From an uncultured Amphritea sp. (GTDB taxonomy: Bacteria > Pseudomonadota > Gammaproteobacteria > Pseudomonadales > Balneatricaceae): DNA of 64,000 nt. Shown one piece after another: positions 62,695 to 64,000 of this stretch. The notes beneath the pieces were generated by a model. The model was not told where the DNA came from. It made no database searches and worked only from the letters and a program-made list of their open reading frames with translations. The DNA is taken from contig OZ223297.1 in the NCBI GenBank assembly GCA_965140695.1, positions 2,218,325-2,282,324 on the forward strand. Direction: 5' to 3'. The position numbers and the translations under genes were made by a program. Position 1 is the first letter of the stretch, and each line of letters starts with the position of its first letter.

Positions 62695-63034
62695 TGCAAT
62701 TGTCAGGCCATTTGGAAATCAGCGAGTTTTCAGGTAACGAGAAACCTGTTGTTCGGGTGTTGTTTTTACGCTGTCGGCAGGCAACCGGGCGTTTCATAGC
62801 GTTATAGCCATTGTTGTTTCTTTTATCTGAGTGTTTGTCGTTTGTGAATGTTTTAAATCTGACACAACAGAATCTGACAAAACCCTGTTTTTATTGTTGG
62901 CATTACAACAGTAAACCCGCCAATTGTTGCTACCTACACAGTAATCGGACCAGGAATGTCGTACCTGAAAATTAATTAAGTATTTAAAAATCAATAAATT
63001 AGATGATTTTTGTGCGGTTGGTACAAGTTTCGCA
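62695..63034. promoter_or_regulatory. Divergent SIR2/nifH control region: sigma54 sites 62695-62710 (-) and 63019-63034 (+); NifA sites 62895-62910 and 62925-62940
   Basis: TGGCCTGACAATTGCA (-), TGGTACAAGTTTCGCA (+), TGT-TGGCATTACA-ACA, TGT-TGCTACCTAC-ACA. Confidence 0.85.
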
Positions 63035-63089
63035 ACGATAGATGTGAGTTTTCGGGTCAGATCAATGGCATCTGGCTCAGGCAATCTAA

Positions 63090-63986
<897 letters not shown>

Positions 63987-64000
63987 TTCACTCTTCTGAG

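Overview
Marine gammaproteobacterial chromosome segment; an Oceanospirillales-like assignment is my inference. It carries an Azotobacter-type molybdenum nitrogenase gene set broken into modules: draT/draG, a NifA-controlled Fe-S oxidoreductase, nifV-cysE-orf-nifW-nifZ-nifM-clpX, nifF with an extra clpP, rnfABCDGEH divergent from nifLA, nifB-fdxN-nifO-nifQ-rhodanese-grx-bolA, the oxygen-protection ferredoxin fesII, and a SIR2-family gene divergent from nifH. Most nif modules have a readable sigma54 (GG-N10-GC) promoter plus NifA TGT-N10-ACA sites. Between the modules lie housekeeping and catabolic genes (prc, FKBP, M18 peptidase, TRAP transporter, Fe-ADH/mmsA/IclR, rluF, benE, yghU) and several accessory elements. 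These are: (i) an integrase-less integron cassette array whose first attC is split by an internally deleted class C group II intron in the cassette-sense orientation; (ii) a REP-associated tyrosine transposase with 12 copies of a 32-nt REP in four clusters at module junctions; (iii) a putative secreted PD-(D/E)XK toxin plus immunity pair just upstream of the nifH region; (iv) a cytidylyltransferase/CDP-alcohol phosphotransferase/metallophosphoesterase trio. I found no rRNA, tRNA or CRISPR array. Family assignments come from motif recognition and recall, not database searches.
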